This document shows positions 40,090-54,588 of a stretch of 64,000 bases of DNA, piece by piece. The notes below the pieces were generated by a model that saw only the letters and a list, made by a program, of their open reading frames with translations, had not been told where the DNA came from and searched no databases. The stretch covers positions 5,766,001-5,830,000 of the forward strand of contig CM022679.1 in the NCBI GenBank assembly GCA_012295275.1, written 5' to 3'. Both the position numbers and the translations under genes were made by a program. This stretch comes from Chrysomallon squamiferum. Lineage: Eukaryota; Animalia; Mollusca. The number at the start of each line of letters is the position of its first letter. Position 1 is the stretch's first letter.

Positions 40090-41260
40090 AGTATGTATGT
40101 ATGTATGCACATGTGTGTTTTTAGAATTTATGGGATTTAAAAAAAAAAAAATTGTGAAATATAATTTTAAACATAATGATACCTGTGTTAAATTGATCAG
40201 TGAATTGTCATTCTAGAACAAGTTCAGTGTTAAATGGTAGTTTATGTCCATGTAAATATTTTCACATGTACATACATATATAGATAGATAGATACATGTA
40301 TTCATAGTTTAATGAGAAATTTTTAATTTTCTGAAGGATAATTTATAAAATAAAGATACATGATCATTGTACATAAACAGTTATTAAAACAAGTTCAGTA
40401 TTATCAAATAGTTTATGTCACCAGAAATCTGTATGTATGTAAATGTGTGTGTGCATCTTTGCAATTTAATTTAAAAATTTAATTTCCTGAAGTGTAGTTT
40501 TAAAAATACTGATACATGTATTAAATTAACTGATGCATTTCAGTCTTGTTGAATAGTTTATTCCATAGAAATCTTTTTATAACTCTGTATGTGTGTGTGT
40601 GTGTATGTGTGTGTGTGTCTTTTGAATTTATGAGAGATTCAAATATTCTTAAAATGATATAGGATTTGTCTATGTAGTACAGTGAGCATATTTTAATTTT
40701 TAAATTGAATTTTGAATTTTTTTTTTATATAATATTCAGTTTCACATGTCAGTATAAACCTTTTCATATGTAAGTCTGTGCCTGTTTCGTTTATTTTAAA
40801 GTGACTTTATCATTTTTTTATGTTTGTATATGTAGTACAGTGACAGAATTTAATTTTTTAAAATATGATATTGTATTTCACAGCACCTAGCTTATGTCAG
40901 TGCAAATCTTTTCATATGTAAATACTGTGTGTGTTTGTGTGAGTGTATCTTAAATTTACTTTAATTTTTTGTTTAAACAATTTTTTTAAATCATGCATGT
41001 TTGTATCTGCATGCATGTGACTGTGTGTGTGTGTGTGTGTGTGTTGCATGCATGCGTGCATGTGTGTGTGACACTATGAAATTTACTGGAATTGTAAACA
41101 TTTTTAGAAATGTGTTTTTTCTTTATTTAAATCAATATAAATATTCTACTGACTGGTGCATGTAAAAAGTTGTTCTAAATTAAATTCATTATACTAGGAT
41201 AGTTTATGCTGCTTTAAATATTATGAGTGGGTGCATGCATATGTGTGTATATATGATTAT
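40090..41260. repeat. Highly diverged tandem array (units of roughly 150-200 bp) with embedded (GT)n
   Basis: aagttcagt..tagtttatgtc..(g/a)aaat recurs near 40220, 40390, 40550 and 41200; atatgtagtacagtga...tgtcagt..aa.cttttcatatgtaa is duplicated near 40670 and 40829. Confidence 0.55.
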
Positions 41261-42113
41261 GTGTGCATGTATGGATATTTGTGTTTGTATTATGTGCTTG
41301 TATATATAAGTATGTATTTCTAAGTCTGTGTGTGAATGTGTGTATTTTTTACTTAATGGGAAAACATTAATATTCTAACAAAAAAAATTAAATTTTTAAA
41401 ATTAAATTATTAAATTAATTTCTTGTATTGATTATGCTGTGCGAATAATTGTTTTACCTTTTGTTTATGGTATTCAGATGATTTGTGTCAAGCTATATAT
41501 ATATATATATGTATATATATATTTTTTTTTTTTTAAATATAGAAGTACATGTGTTTGTGTCTGTAAGTTAATGGAATTTTTTGCCAAGGTATTTTTTAAA
41601 AGTAGTTTATGTCTGTATAGATTTTTAAGTTAGTGGGTTTTTTCCGTGTGTGTGTTCAGATTTTTTTATTTTTTTTTTTTTCTACATCTCTCTGCACTTT
41701 AACAGAAAATGTTTCAATTTTATGGATGCTATTTATAAAAATGATGATTTATTTTGATTATTTATTTTTGTGCAGATAATGGTTTCTACTGTATGAAGTT
41801 TTAGTCTTTTAATGGGAGTTTTTTTTTTTTTTTAAACTGTTATGTCAATTTGAGTGGTTAAATGATTTTAAGAATCCAGTTAATTTTACTTGGTTTAAAT
41901 CAGTTCATATAATTTTATTCTTATTTCAGTTAGTGTGTGTGTGTGATTTTTAGTAATTTACTGGGGTTTTTTTAATTTTTATTTTTAAATTGCATCAGTT
42001 TTATACTGATTCTTTCAATTAGTCTTTAATAATTATTTTTTACAACACTCAGTTTATTCAGTTGATTTGTAGTGTCTGGAATTTTCATTTGTGAATATAA
42101 TTTTTAAAGATAA

Positions 42114-42150
<37 letters not shown>

Positions 42151-42793
42151 TGTTGTTTTTTGTTTTAAATTCCCATATTTATATTAATTCTATCCTCTTA
42201 AATTTAGAGATTTATTTTAATTTAATATGTTTTTTGTTAACTTAAGAATTCATCTTGTTTGTTACTTGATCTTGAATTATTAGGTTCATCAAAGTCAAGT
42301 ACTTTCTCTCATTTTGTTTATTAGTATATGTATAATTAGTCATCAGCAGCAATAATAATAATAAAAATAGTAATAGCAGTAATAATTATAATAATAATAT
42401 TAACAGTCATCAACAGAAAAAAATAAATAATAACAGTAATAATAATAATAACAACAGTAATAATATTAATAATAGTAATAGTATATTTTGTTTATTAGTA
42501 TATGTAATTATAGTAAAAGTAATAATAATAACAATAATAATAGCAGTAATAACTATAGTAAAAATATTAATAACAGTAATAATAATAATAATAATATAAT
42601 CAATAAAATTAGTAAGACTAAGAGAGAGAGAGAGAGAGAGAGAGATGCAGAGAGTGTGGACTTTGTCAAAACCAGATTCACATGGAACCAACAAGATATG
42701 CCATTATATATGAAATAGGAACATTAAACAAATGTTAAACATGATTCGAGTGTCAGCTGAGAAGTAGTCTGTCAATGACGATTGTGTTTTTTG

Positions 42794-43130
42794 ATGAAAA
42801 CTCTTCTATTCATTTCACTTCACAATGAAAGTTCGATACCTGCTGGTTTTTAGATTATGACAATTCAGTAATTCAATGCAAAATGTGCACCATATGTGTT
42901 TATGCAGACATCTGCTTTTGATACTATATCTAAATGAGTGAATTCACTTGAGTATCAGTATACTAATCATAATCTTGTTCGTCTAGCTGCATATAGTAAT
43001 TACAATAAGCATGGCATCATTGATTATTAAGCTTCAAAGAAGTGCAATCATTTCATCTTATGCAGTAGTCTAATTACGTGCAAACTGCCATCACTGTTTG
43101 AGTGATCATACTTGCAAAATTGTGTGCTAT
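42794..43130 (+). mobile_element. Dispersed repeat of about 350 bp, copy 2
   Basis: Same orientation as 11095-11445; followed within about 15 bp by a poly-A run (43143-43166). Confidence 0.85.
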
Positions 43131-43451
43131 TGTGAAACAAACAAAAAAAAAAAAAAAAAAAAAAAATTCCAGACCCCCCAAAATTCTACACAGTAGCAAA
43201 TCTTTACACTGATTACAAAAATCCAAACCACTTTATCAACAAACATAATACTTCTCCAGTTACTTTTTTGTTTGTGTATGGTTCTTAGTAATTTAATGCC
43301 ATTTTTTTTAACAATGCAGTAATTCTAAACTTCATTTTCACTTAGTGTGTGTGTGTGTGTGTGTTTAAAATTATTCCTACCATTTCAAATTGTTTATTTT
43401 TAGGAGCACACACATGTATCTTTAGTAAATTATAGGTATTAAATAATTAAA

Positions 43452-43486
<35 letters not shown>

Positions 43487-43976
43487 ATGTCTTTGAGTAT
43501 ATACATATATACACATACACACATAGGTACAAATACACACACTCACATGTATATATTCACAAAGAGACATATCTATAGATACATACAGAAACACTCACAT
43601 GCATACAAACATATGTTTAGTAATTTAATTTTTCAAATCATTTCCATATCAGAATGTTCTATTGATTCTTTCAAATGAATTTTGTTTTTAATCCAACTGT
43701 TTTTTGTGACAATGTTTGCAATTGTTTGTTGTTTGTGTTGATTTTTTATTTTATTTAATTTTGTATGTAACGTGACCTGGTGATGTATTTTTAGTTTTTT
43801 TTAATACTGCACTTTTATTGAAAATCCATCAAGATGACATTTTAATTGTTTCCATTGTTATTCAGGGCTACAGTTTTAAGACTTGGAATTTTGGTATTTT
43901 TGAGTATGAACTGTTTGGCAGATCATTTCAGTTTAATTATTTCCCCATTCCAGACACTGTTTCTTTATTTGTCTCT

Positions 43977-44011
<35 letters not shown>

Positions 44012-44114
44012 CTGTCTACAAGTGCGTGTATATGTGTGAATGTGTGAATGTGTATATATGTATGTGTGTTATATATTATATTAAACACACAGACAGACAC
44101 ACACACATACATAT

Positions 44115-44173
<59 letters not shown>

Positions 44174-44659
44174 CAAAAAAACACAGACAAACATATATTA
44201 TTATTATTAAAATGTATTATAGTATATTTAGGTTTCTATGGCAATCATTTCTGAAGGAGATGGATCTATGATAGTAATGGCTTATGTCTTTCATGTCTTC
44301 GTGAAATTTTTAAAACTTTTACAAAATCAAGAAAAAAGCCCCATTAATTATAGAGGGAAAATAAAAAGGCTTTTACTTCCTGTATAAATATTTACTTTAT
44401 TACTTAAAAAAAAAGTAAGTAAAAAAAACCACTTTGTATTTTCATAAATTTATAAAGTTTTATGTTAAAGTAAAAGTAATCAAGGAATAAGATTTAGTTG
44501 TATGATAAAGTATTTACTTGATGCTTATCAGTTCAAGATCAATCAGCATTGGTGACCTGTTACACATTTTCCAGTTCCAAATAGGTTCCCTTTAATCAGA
44601 TAACCTAGATATTGCTGTGTGTGCAGTTTTGATCACGTATACAGCACGTATAAGTAATA

Positions 44660-44778
44660 AGCATAAGTAAACAAAATCTTATACTCCTAATGGAAAAGAT
44701 GCAGTATGTTTCCTATTAAATGTTTAATTCACAAAATTCAGAGATAGAGAAATTAGTGGTGAGTTGAACAAAACAAGG
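44660..44778 (+). mobile_element. Probable SINE 3' fragment
   Basis: ctaatggaaaagatgcagtatgtttcct...ttagtggtgagttgaacaaaacaa resembles, from recollection, the core-to-tail region of gastropod Meta-type SINEs. Confidence 0.35.
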
Positions 44779-45606
44779 TTTACGTAGTTTTGTTTATTGA
44801 TTGTGTGTGCGTTTACATTTAGTCTAAAACAAATGTCTTGTTAAGATGAGAATATTGATTTTTATGTTTAATTGCAGTGTTTGATAAATCAGATATGCAT
44901 GCAATCATGTGTATGTTTGAATGTGTGTGTGTGTGTGTGTGTGTGTATTCAAATGTGTATGTATTTATGTACATATGTATGCATGTGTGTGTCTATATCT
45001 ATATGTAAGTATGTATGTATGCATGTGTGTGTGTGTGTGTGTGTAAGTGTGTACATGTGTGTAAATAAGTAATTTGTATGTGTATGAATTTATTAAACAG
45101 ACATATCTTCTAGTCTGCTAGATTATAATTTTTATTTAAATGTTTCTTTCTTACTTTCTTTTAAGTTTGTTTCTTAATTATTCTTTTCACAACAGATTCA
45201 TATTATATATTTTTTTCAAGTATTTAGTAAAACAATCTTACAAAACCAGTATTTCTTCATAAACATACTGCACACTGTGAAACAGCTGACACAATCTACT
45301 CAGATAATATCAGCTGATCATAATTAACAGTATTACTTACTTGTATAACAGTATTACTTACATGTATTGCTTACCTCTTGTCTATAAATGTTTATAATTG
45401 CACCATGTTTTTGCTATGCATAGCATGCTGGGCATCTGTGTTTAGCATTTAATTTATTTATAAATACCATAAATGTGTATTCTTCAGATATTCCAGTTAT
45501 GCAATGTAAATACATTTAATTTATATATTTTTTGACATATGGCTGTTGTTTATATGATATGTGCTTTAGTTCAGTGGTTAGAACTCTTGTTTGAGATGTT
45601 AAGAGA

Positions 45607-46903
45607 GTTTAATAATAATATATGTTGTGGGTCCAGAAGGTTTAATAGTAGTAGATGTTGTAGTGGCAGTGGGTTTAATAATAGTAGATGTTGTGGTTCC
45701 AGAAGGTTTAATAGTAGTAGATGTTGTAGTGGCAGTGGGTTTAATAATAGTAGATGTTGTGGTTCCAGAAGGTTTAATAGTAGTAGATGTTGTAGTGGTA
45801 GTGGGTTTAATAATAGTAGATGTTGTAGTGGCAGTGGGTTTAATAATAGTAGATGTTGTAGTGGCAGTGGGTTTAATAATAGTAGATGTTGTGGTGGCAG
45901 TGGGTTTAATAATAGTAGATGTTGTGGAAGGCAGTGGGTTTAATAATAGTAGATGTTGTGGTGGCAGTGGGTTTAATAATAGTAGATGTTGTAGTGGCAG
46001 TGGGTTTAATAATAGTAGATGTTGTAGGAAGGCAGTGGGTTTAATAATAGATGTTGTAGTGGCAAGGCAGTGGGTTTAATAATAGTAGATGTTGTGGTGG
46101 CAGTGGGTTTAATAATAGTAGATGTTGTGGTGGCAGTGGGTTTAATAATAGTAGATGTTGTAGTGGCAGTGGGTTTAATAATAGTAGATGTTGTAGTGGC
46201 AGTGGGTTTAATAATAGTAGATGTTGTGGAAGGCAGTGGGTTTAATAATAGTAGATGTTGTAGTGGCAGTGGGTTTAATAATAGTAGATGTTGTGGTAGT
46301 GGGTTTAATAATAGTAGATGTAGTGGCAGTGGGTTTAATAATAGTAGATGTTGTGGTGGCAGTGGGTTTAATAATAGTAGATGTTGTAGTGGCAGTGGGT
46401 TTAATAATAGTAGATGTTGTGGAAGGCAGTGGGTTTAATAATAGTAGATGTTGTGGTAGTGGGTTTAATAATAGTAGATGTTGTAGTGGCAGTGGGTTTA
46501 ATAATAGTAGATGTTGTAGTGGTAGTGGGTTTAATAATAGTAGATGTTGTAGTGGCAGTGGGTTTAATAATAGTAGATGTGGAAGGCAGTGGGTTTAATA
46601 ATAGTAGATGTTGTAGTGGCAGTGGGTTTAATAATAGTAGATGTTGTAGTGGCAGTGGGTTTAATAATAGTAGATGTTGTAGTGGCAGTGGGTTTAATAA
46701 TAGTAGATGTTGTAGTGGCAGTGGGTTTAATAATAGTAGATGTTGTAGTGGCAGTGGGTTTAATAATAGTAGATGTTGTGGTGGCAGTGGGTTTAATAAT
46801 AGTAGATGTTGTGGAAGGCAGTGGGTTTAATAATAGTAGATGTTGTAGTGGCAGTGGGTTTAATAATAGTAGATGTTGTGGTGGCAGTGGGTTTAATAAT
46901 AGT
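45607..46903. repeat. 33-bp minisatellite (VNTR), about 39 copies, ggcagtgggtttaataatagtagatgttgtagt
   Basis: Near-identical head-to-tail units without spacers; variants include ...tgtggaaggc (34 bp), 30-31 bp deletion units and three 5' units with ccagaaggtttaatagtagt. Confidence 0.98.
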
Positions 46904-48239
46904 ATATCTATTCCAATGTTGATTAAACTTAGTAAAAACTGTATTATTGTTTTGTCAGTCCAAAATGTCAATGTAATTAGTAAAGTTGAAAAAAAAAACC
47001 CTGACTTTTGAAAGATTCTAAAACACAGTGTATATTGATTCTTGTCACAGTCACTGGGTGTGAGATGAAATATGGTATAATCCTGTGGTTTAATAATCCT
47101 TTATGAAGATAAAAATGAGCTCAAAATTTAATATGATTATCATTAACACTGACATTAAAATTACATCTTTAGCTCTGTTTATCTTTCATTCATGTGTTTG
47201 TATGTGTGTCTGTATGAGTATTATATATATATATATATATATATATATCATACATATAAATACTCACATACACACATACTCACACAAACACACAAACACA
47301 CACACACACACACACATACACACATACATACATGTAAACTGAATACAGCACTTTATCACACAATGCTACAAAATCAATGGGAGTTTTTTAAAACAACATG
47401 CTTCATTTGATTATTTTCAGTTAAATGGTTTAAACTAAGCCAAGGAAAGATTTAGTACAAGTCTTAATGGAGCAAAGCATGAATGGCATATTTATAAATT
47501 ACAACATATTGTTGCAGATATTTTTTACTTTTGCCTCACAGAATTTTATATTTATTACTTGTATTTAATGCTTTTAGCTTTTTTCTTTTTTTTTTTTTTT
47601 TTTTGTATGTATGTAAAAGCCATGTGTGTGTGTGACTATATTTTTTAATATTTACAAACTTATGTACATACTTAAACAGTATATATCTACATGTTTACAT
47701 ACATAGAAGCATCCAAACACATACAGAAAGAGAAACAGAAAGAGAGACAGAGAGAAAAAGATAAAGAAAGAAAGCCAGAGAGAAAGAGATAAAGAAAATG
47801 AACAGCTTTAACCATTGATCTGTTTTTTGTGAAAGATTCATTCAGTAGTATTTGTCATTCACTTAATGTCTGAGTGAATCATCTTTCAGTTCTTCCATGA
47901 TACCAGAATTACAGACAAATCATTCACCTCAGAATTGCAGACAAATACATTCTCAGACATCCCATTCAGTTGGTTATAAGCAGTGCACTGTCACCATGTC
48001 CCAGAAATGTCACTTTCCCAAACCAGTATCATCTCCACGTGTTAGCTGTCTCAGATTTAATGTCATCGCTTGTCATACTTGTGTTGTCTGAATAATCTTT
48101 TATTTCTCATACTTAAAATATAACATACCTGATTGATTATTCTGTGGAAACAAAAAGAAGAAGAAGAAGAAGCAGAAAAAGACAGCAACCAAACTTCAAT
48201 GTCTCTGTCCAAACTGATAATATTCACTGAAACAAAAAC

Positions 48240-48480
48240 AAATCTTGTGTCACTACACAAACTGACAAATTCAGTGTCACTATCCCAACAACTGCAGTCT
48301 GTCGGCAAATCTTGGTGTACCCAACCTAAGGTTTTGCCACAAACAACCTAATGTCACTATCCAGCCAATATTTTGTGACAACACAACCAGTCTTATGTCA
48401 CTACATGCACTCTGTGAAAACTACAAGTCTTTTGATTACCTTCCCAAACATCAGTGTCAGCATCAGCTACAACAACACCA
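48240..48480. repeat. Degenerate gtgtcacta(c/t) repeat
   Basis: tgtcacta recurs near 48248, 48275, 48352 and 48396. Confidence 0.5.
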
Positions 48481-50175
48481 CATCAACCAACATTTAAATG
48501 TCAGCTTGCAATCTGTTACAATTACATGACTTGTTAATACATTCTGTGTTGACACAGTTTTTCTTTCATCAATAACAGATCCTTATTTTCTGTTTTCCTC
48601 TGGACTAACAGGTCTTTGTGTGTGTGTGTCTGTCTGTCTGTTGTCACAGAAATGAGGAAGTTTGGTTAATGTCAACATTTGTTTTGTGGAGATGTTAGTG
48701 ACATTGTAATGCATGGTAACTCACAACAAGAGTGGGAAAGAGAAAATGGATTTTAAAAGTGCAAAACTGATCTCAAAATCTCACAGCAAGATTTTAGTTT
48801 ATGAAAAGAGAGAGAAAAAGAAGATGTGTGTGTGTGTGTGTGTGTGTGTGTACATGTGTGTGTATATTTGAAGATATTATTACTATTATTATTGTTCTTC
48901 TTATTATTATTACTCACAATTATTGTTGTTGTTATTACACATAGTTGTTGTTGTTCTTCTTATTACTACTATTATTATTTTAATATTGATTTTTCTGACA
49001 AGATAACTGTGTCAGTTTTTAGTTCATTTATTTTTCTTTTAAAATGTGCTTTTTTAAAATATTTTTAAATATTTAAAATTGCATTTTTACTTTTAATTAT
49101 CTGTTCAGTGTTTTATATTTTATAGTACAAAGTCATAAATATAAAACTAGATAATTTTTCTTTCTTTCTTTTTTCTCATTTTTTTGTTTTTTATATTTCC
49201 ATTTTTATAAAGATAAAAGATAATTTTTGAAAGCTTTAACTTGTAAATTTCTGTTAGATTTTATTTATAAAATTAAATATAAAAACAATTTAAAGGACAA
49301 TTATGTTTTCATTTAATCATTCATCTTTCCAAGACAGTCTAATCCATTTTAGTCCATCCATCCTTCCATTTTTCCATCCACCTATCCATCCACCCATCCA
49401 TCCATTCATCCATCTCTCCATCCATCCACCCATCCATCCATTCATGAGCAGGAATGATTCACAGTTTTATACATTTATGTATCTTTTGAACAAATCACTT
49501 AGCCACACAAATAAGAGTCCATTCACCTCAACCGAAATCATCTCATCTAAAATTTATCTCCTTCTTACAACCACCAACAAATGTTACCCAACCAACCAGA
49601 CAAAAATGAAATATAAGGGTCGTTCCACATGAATTCCCCACTTTTAAAGTTTTTCTTCTTTAATTTCTTTTTCAACTCCTAGTCCACACCCCTCCCCCAT
49701 GATATTTGCACAGCTTGTTGATGTAAGTGACAGGGTTGTCATGGACATAGTCCATAAGCGATTTTTTAAATTGTAAATTAAAATAAAAAAATTTAAGCAT
49801 GTGTCCAGTGATGCAGTAATTTATGAGTGTGCTCGTGGTTTAACTGAAATGTAATTATCACTTTCTGATGGGTAAATCTGTTCTTTGGTGCACTTGTTCC
49901 CAGATTAGAAAATTCTGGAATATATATATATATATATATGTATATATGTGTGTGTGTGTGTGTGTATATATATAAAACAAAAAACTTGTGTAATCAGTTC
50001 ATTTTGCTTCACCTCTATTTATATCATTTTATGAGAGGTGTAAATAATCTCTGTATTTTTTTACCTGTATTTTTATAATTTCAAGGTGATTTTAGTAGAG
50101 AATGGAAAAAACTTGAATCATTTCACAAGTTTTTTTTTTTTTCTTTAATTTTTCTTGTCTTGTCTTGTTTATTTT

Positions 50176-50230
<55 letters not shown>

Positions 50231-51249
50231 TTTGTTTGTTTGTTTATTTATTTATTATTTTATTTATTATTTTATTTTAATTTTTTTTTTTTAATTTTAT
50301 TATTATTATTTTTTTGTCTTCTTTAGGTTTTTTCCTCTGATTTCTTTTATATCATTCTTCTTTTTTTAAATAATTTTTTCTCCTTTTTTCTTCTTTCTTT
50401 TTTTTTTAAATTCATTTTTTCTTATTTCTTAATTCATTTCTTTTTTCTTTTTTCCTCAGTCACGTTCTTAATACATATGTCTTGCACATGTTACAGTATT
50501 AATGTTGTTGGCTATTCTTTGCCCTGAATAATAGAAGTTCAACGATTGACTGATATTAAGAAAATGAGAATAGTGTTAAGAAGAAAAGGTTCACATTATC
50601 TACTTTTTGAAAGTAATTGTAATGTACTTTGATAAAAAAATGTTTTAGTGGTTTCTGTATATTTTTTTGTGTATCTGACACTTTGTCTTTCTGAATCTAT
50701 GTATAAATGTATGTGTGTGTGTGTGTATGTGTGTATATATATATATACACACACACACACAAACATGTGGATGTTTTGTAGTTATGTATGTATGTATGTA
50801 CGTACTTATGTGTGTATGTGTGTATCTATATGTAGCCAGGTATGTTGTGAATTATCAGTATGCATGAAATAACATTTTGTGATGTCTTCCTACTGCAACC
50901 AGTACTCATTAATTAATTTCTCAAGAGATTTATTTTCAGTAAAAAATTAAGAAAAAAATATTTTCCTGTCCAAGCAGCTTTTTTATATTTTAAACAGTAA
51001 CATATATATAATATATATATATACATATACATATATATATATATATATAAAAGCTTTAAATCGATAAGCAGATTGATGGATGAATAGATGGATAGATATA
51101 TATAGATCTAGATATAGATATATATAGACATAGATTTTTATTAACAAAATATTTTATTTATGAAGAATTTTGTATATGTTTAGTGTATTATCTAGTAAAA
51201 AAACAAACACTTTTTTCTCTTTTTTTTCTTTTTTTCTGTTACTTTTCAG

Positions 51250-51416
51250 ACTCTGTTTAATGGATTATCTAGTTAACAAACATTAATTTGCTGCTTTTTG
51301 TCCCAAAAAATCTTCACATTTTATGTATGAAAATATCAGTTTATAATCTTCCCACAAACAAAAGTATGTCCAATCCCTAATAAACCTTTGATGACTGCTA
51401 CATCCTCGGCTTTCAG
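51250..51416 (+). other. Candidate exon: mostly UTR-like, ending in MTATSSAF(R/S), phase 2
   Basis: Very strong acceptor (about 40-nt pyrimidine tract ending cttttcag at 51249); donor CAG|gtaatg at 51417; ATG at 51391. Confidence 0.4.
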
Positions 51417-51924
51417 GTAATGACAAGAGTGCATGGGTTTGGATCTTCTCTCATTGTGACCTGGGCTAATAGAGCTGATGTCTTGTAATGGTGTACTTAT
51501 TTCTGTTTATTACCACGTTCAATCAGTCTGTGATCAGTTTACACACTGATAGTACACTGTAATATACTCCGTTATCTTTGCTGCACGGTTGTTACAGAGA
51601 TATAATATCAACTGTTATATATCAGTATATCTATCTATCTATCTATATATCAAATTGTGTGTGTGTGTGTGATAAATAATTTATATTTTTAAATTCAATA
51701 TATAAAATTTAGTAAATATATACCCATTTTCCCATCTGAGTGTACTCATTGTTTTTTTCAAAAGTGAAAAAAAAAAAAAAAAAAAATTAAACATCCAAAT
51801 TTCTAAAAGTAAAAAAAAGAAAGAAAAAAAAAAATGATTTCCATCTAAAAATGCATGGAAACACTTTATTATTCAGATCTTTATAAATAAAGTATCATGA
51901 AAAAGTGTGTGTATTAAAAAAATA

Positions 51925-52102
51925 CAGGTATCACTGGATGCATATAAAACCACTGTTTTTAAAAGTTAAATCATTTATAAATCAATTTACAAACACATCC
52001 AGGTATTTTAAAATTGTTTTCTTTATATATCCAGGTATCAATGGATTCAGATACTTAAAACCATTATTTTTAAAAGTTCAAACCATTTGTAAATTAATTC
52101 AC
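51925..52102. repeat. Local duplication (caggtatca.tggat...ttttaaaagtt.aa.cattt.taaat), 2 copies
   Basis: Copies start near 51925 and 52032. Confidence 0.8.
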
Positions 52103-54169
52103 TGATTGACCCAGATTTACCAAAGCTTTGTGAGTTGAATTAAATTGTAAACTGGGAGTAAAATAGAATGTTTATGTGATCACTTAGCAACTATAGATTT
52201 CTGAAAATGACTTGATTCTCATTAAGCAAATTGTCGTATCTGAACACAGGTATTAAATACAATGTTTTATGTGATTGATTTCTTTTTTCTTTTTTTTAAT
52301 CTTCAGTATTACATCAGTCAAATTAACCTTGGCATAAAAATGGGACATCATTTTGTTGAGGTTGTATGCATATACATAGTTATATACATATAAACACACA
52401 AGCAAGCATGCATACATAAATGCATACATATATAGATACATATATAGAGACATACATTTATACATAAAAAGATATGTGCATGCACATTCATCCATCAATA
52501 CATCCACATACACACATGTATAGAAAAACAAGTAACAGATAGAGACATATAATCTACATCTAACCATTCATCCATACTCCTTAGACATGCAGATACATGA
52601 ACAAATACTCAGAGGAGTATATTAGTATAAATAAATGTTTGAACATGAATCTGGATGTTAGGTTATAATGTTCATGTTTCACATTAAGAGTGAAATTAAT
52701 ATCATCATTTGTTTGTTATTTAAAAAAAAAAAATTACAAAGTGACCCTATATTGTTATGATAAGGAGGGTGTTTTAGTTGATAAATAAATAAAGAAAGGG
52801 AGAAAGAAGAAATGAAATGAAATAAACAAAACATTAATTTAAAGTTAAGAAAATAATAATTAGAAAATATATATTATGATGTACTGTACACCCAAAAAGC
52901 TAAATAATTTTTCATACCAGTAAATTATTTTCTTAAAATTATTTTGTCATGGGATTTCACAGGTGGATCAAGATGGGTTTCACCCACTAACTCTCCCACA
53001 TTAGACCCACCCCTGCCTTGATTCAGTCTATAACCATCAGTGGTTTTTCTCACACTTCAAACTCAAAAACACGAATATACTGAAAACTTATTTAAACTTT
53101 TGTTCATTGTTGATGAATTAATAAAAAAAAAATCCTGCTGTGGTCACCCATGGTGACTGTCAAATTGCCTTTTTTTTTATTATGTCAAAAATTTGATCAC
53201 TGAATGTTTCCTCAGAAACCCTTGACACCTAAATGCCTGAAATATCTTTGTGTTATGTCAGTGGACTGTGTCGAAAATGGTCAGAACAGAATGAGAGTTC
53301 ACACTTGTTATGTCTCACAGAAATTCAGTTTGGTGAATTGAAAACAGAGATCAGATGAAACTGAGAAATAACAGGAAGTTGCTGTAGCCTCATTTTAGGT
53401 GTTGGATACGGATTAAAAAAAAAATATAATAATAATAATAAATAAAATCATTTTCCCTATTGTTAGAGATTTGAATGATTTGGGTACTGATACAGAAGAA
53501 AGACTAGGGTCACCTTAAAGAACTTTTCTTTTACTTCATAAATCAGGCTGGATGAAAAGAAGAGATATTTTAATATTTATTTGACAGTGATTTATATCTC
53601 ATTATATCAATTACAACGATATTTTCACTCATGACTCTTAATACTTTTAATATTATTATGTTATTAATGTTGTTATGATGATATTATTATTATTAAATTA
53701 AAATGATATTGTCACTTGTGTTTGTCAGTACTGTATATGTACACATGTACATATACACATACATACACACACACATATATAAAGTTATTAATTTTATTAT
53801 GTTATTCTTATCATTATTAACACTGTTAGTATTACATATTACTGGGTTGTTTTGTTTTTTTATTAATATCATATTATTATTATTGTCATTGTTGTTGTTG
53901 TTTTCTGTAAGTTTTTATAAGGATCAGTCAGTATATATGCCAGGCACATTTAGATATAATCTGTTGATAATGTCTGTAGTTTGAATTTTATTAATGTTAT
54001 TATTATTTTTATTTTAACATTTTTTGTACATAAAATACACATAATCTAACAGACAGTAAAACACATACCACAGACATTGATAAATGAGCAATGGCTGGAA
54101 CAGGAAATATCTCAGTGGACACATTTATCAGTCTTGATCTTTATAAAAAAAACAGATTAAACAATGATA

Positions 54170-54285
54170 AACAATTTATGGGAAACTGGCTGAAATGGAA
54201 ATAATTCAACAGTTTCCACTATGAAGAGTTGATCCTATCTTCTACTATGCCTCAGGCAGTCACCTTGGACACAGTGCACTTGAGT
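54170..54285 (-). mobile_element. SINE head fragment, minus orientation
   Basis: The reverse complement reads gcctgaggcatagtagaagataggatcaactcttcatagtggaaactgttgaattatttccatttcagccagtttcccataaattgtttatc, colinear with the other heads. Confidence 0.55.
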
Positions 54286-54519
54286 AAAGAGTTTTGCATG
54301 TTTGGAAATTTGAGGAGATTTTGACGTGAGTGAAGTAAAACCAGTTATTTCTCTGATTAATTTATAGAGTTATTTCCCTGATTGATTTATTGAATTATCT
54401 GACACTGGTAGATCACTTAACAGTGTTTTCTACAAGTGTGCAGTGATTTTATTTCTATGACTGATGCATATAATGTGTTTACTTTACTTGATGGGAAAAT
54501 GAAGAAAGAATTGTATTAA

Positions 54520-54588
<69 letters not shown>

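Noticed and set aside
45607-46903. CRISPR array or a repetitive protein gene
   Set aside because: The units are head-to-tail with no unique spacers, there are no cas genes, the context is eukaryotic, and 34-bp and 31-bp variants break every frame.
47897-48091. 64-aa ATG ORF
   Set aside because: No motif, weak donors, and it includes a short internal duplication (cagaatt.cagacaaat).
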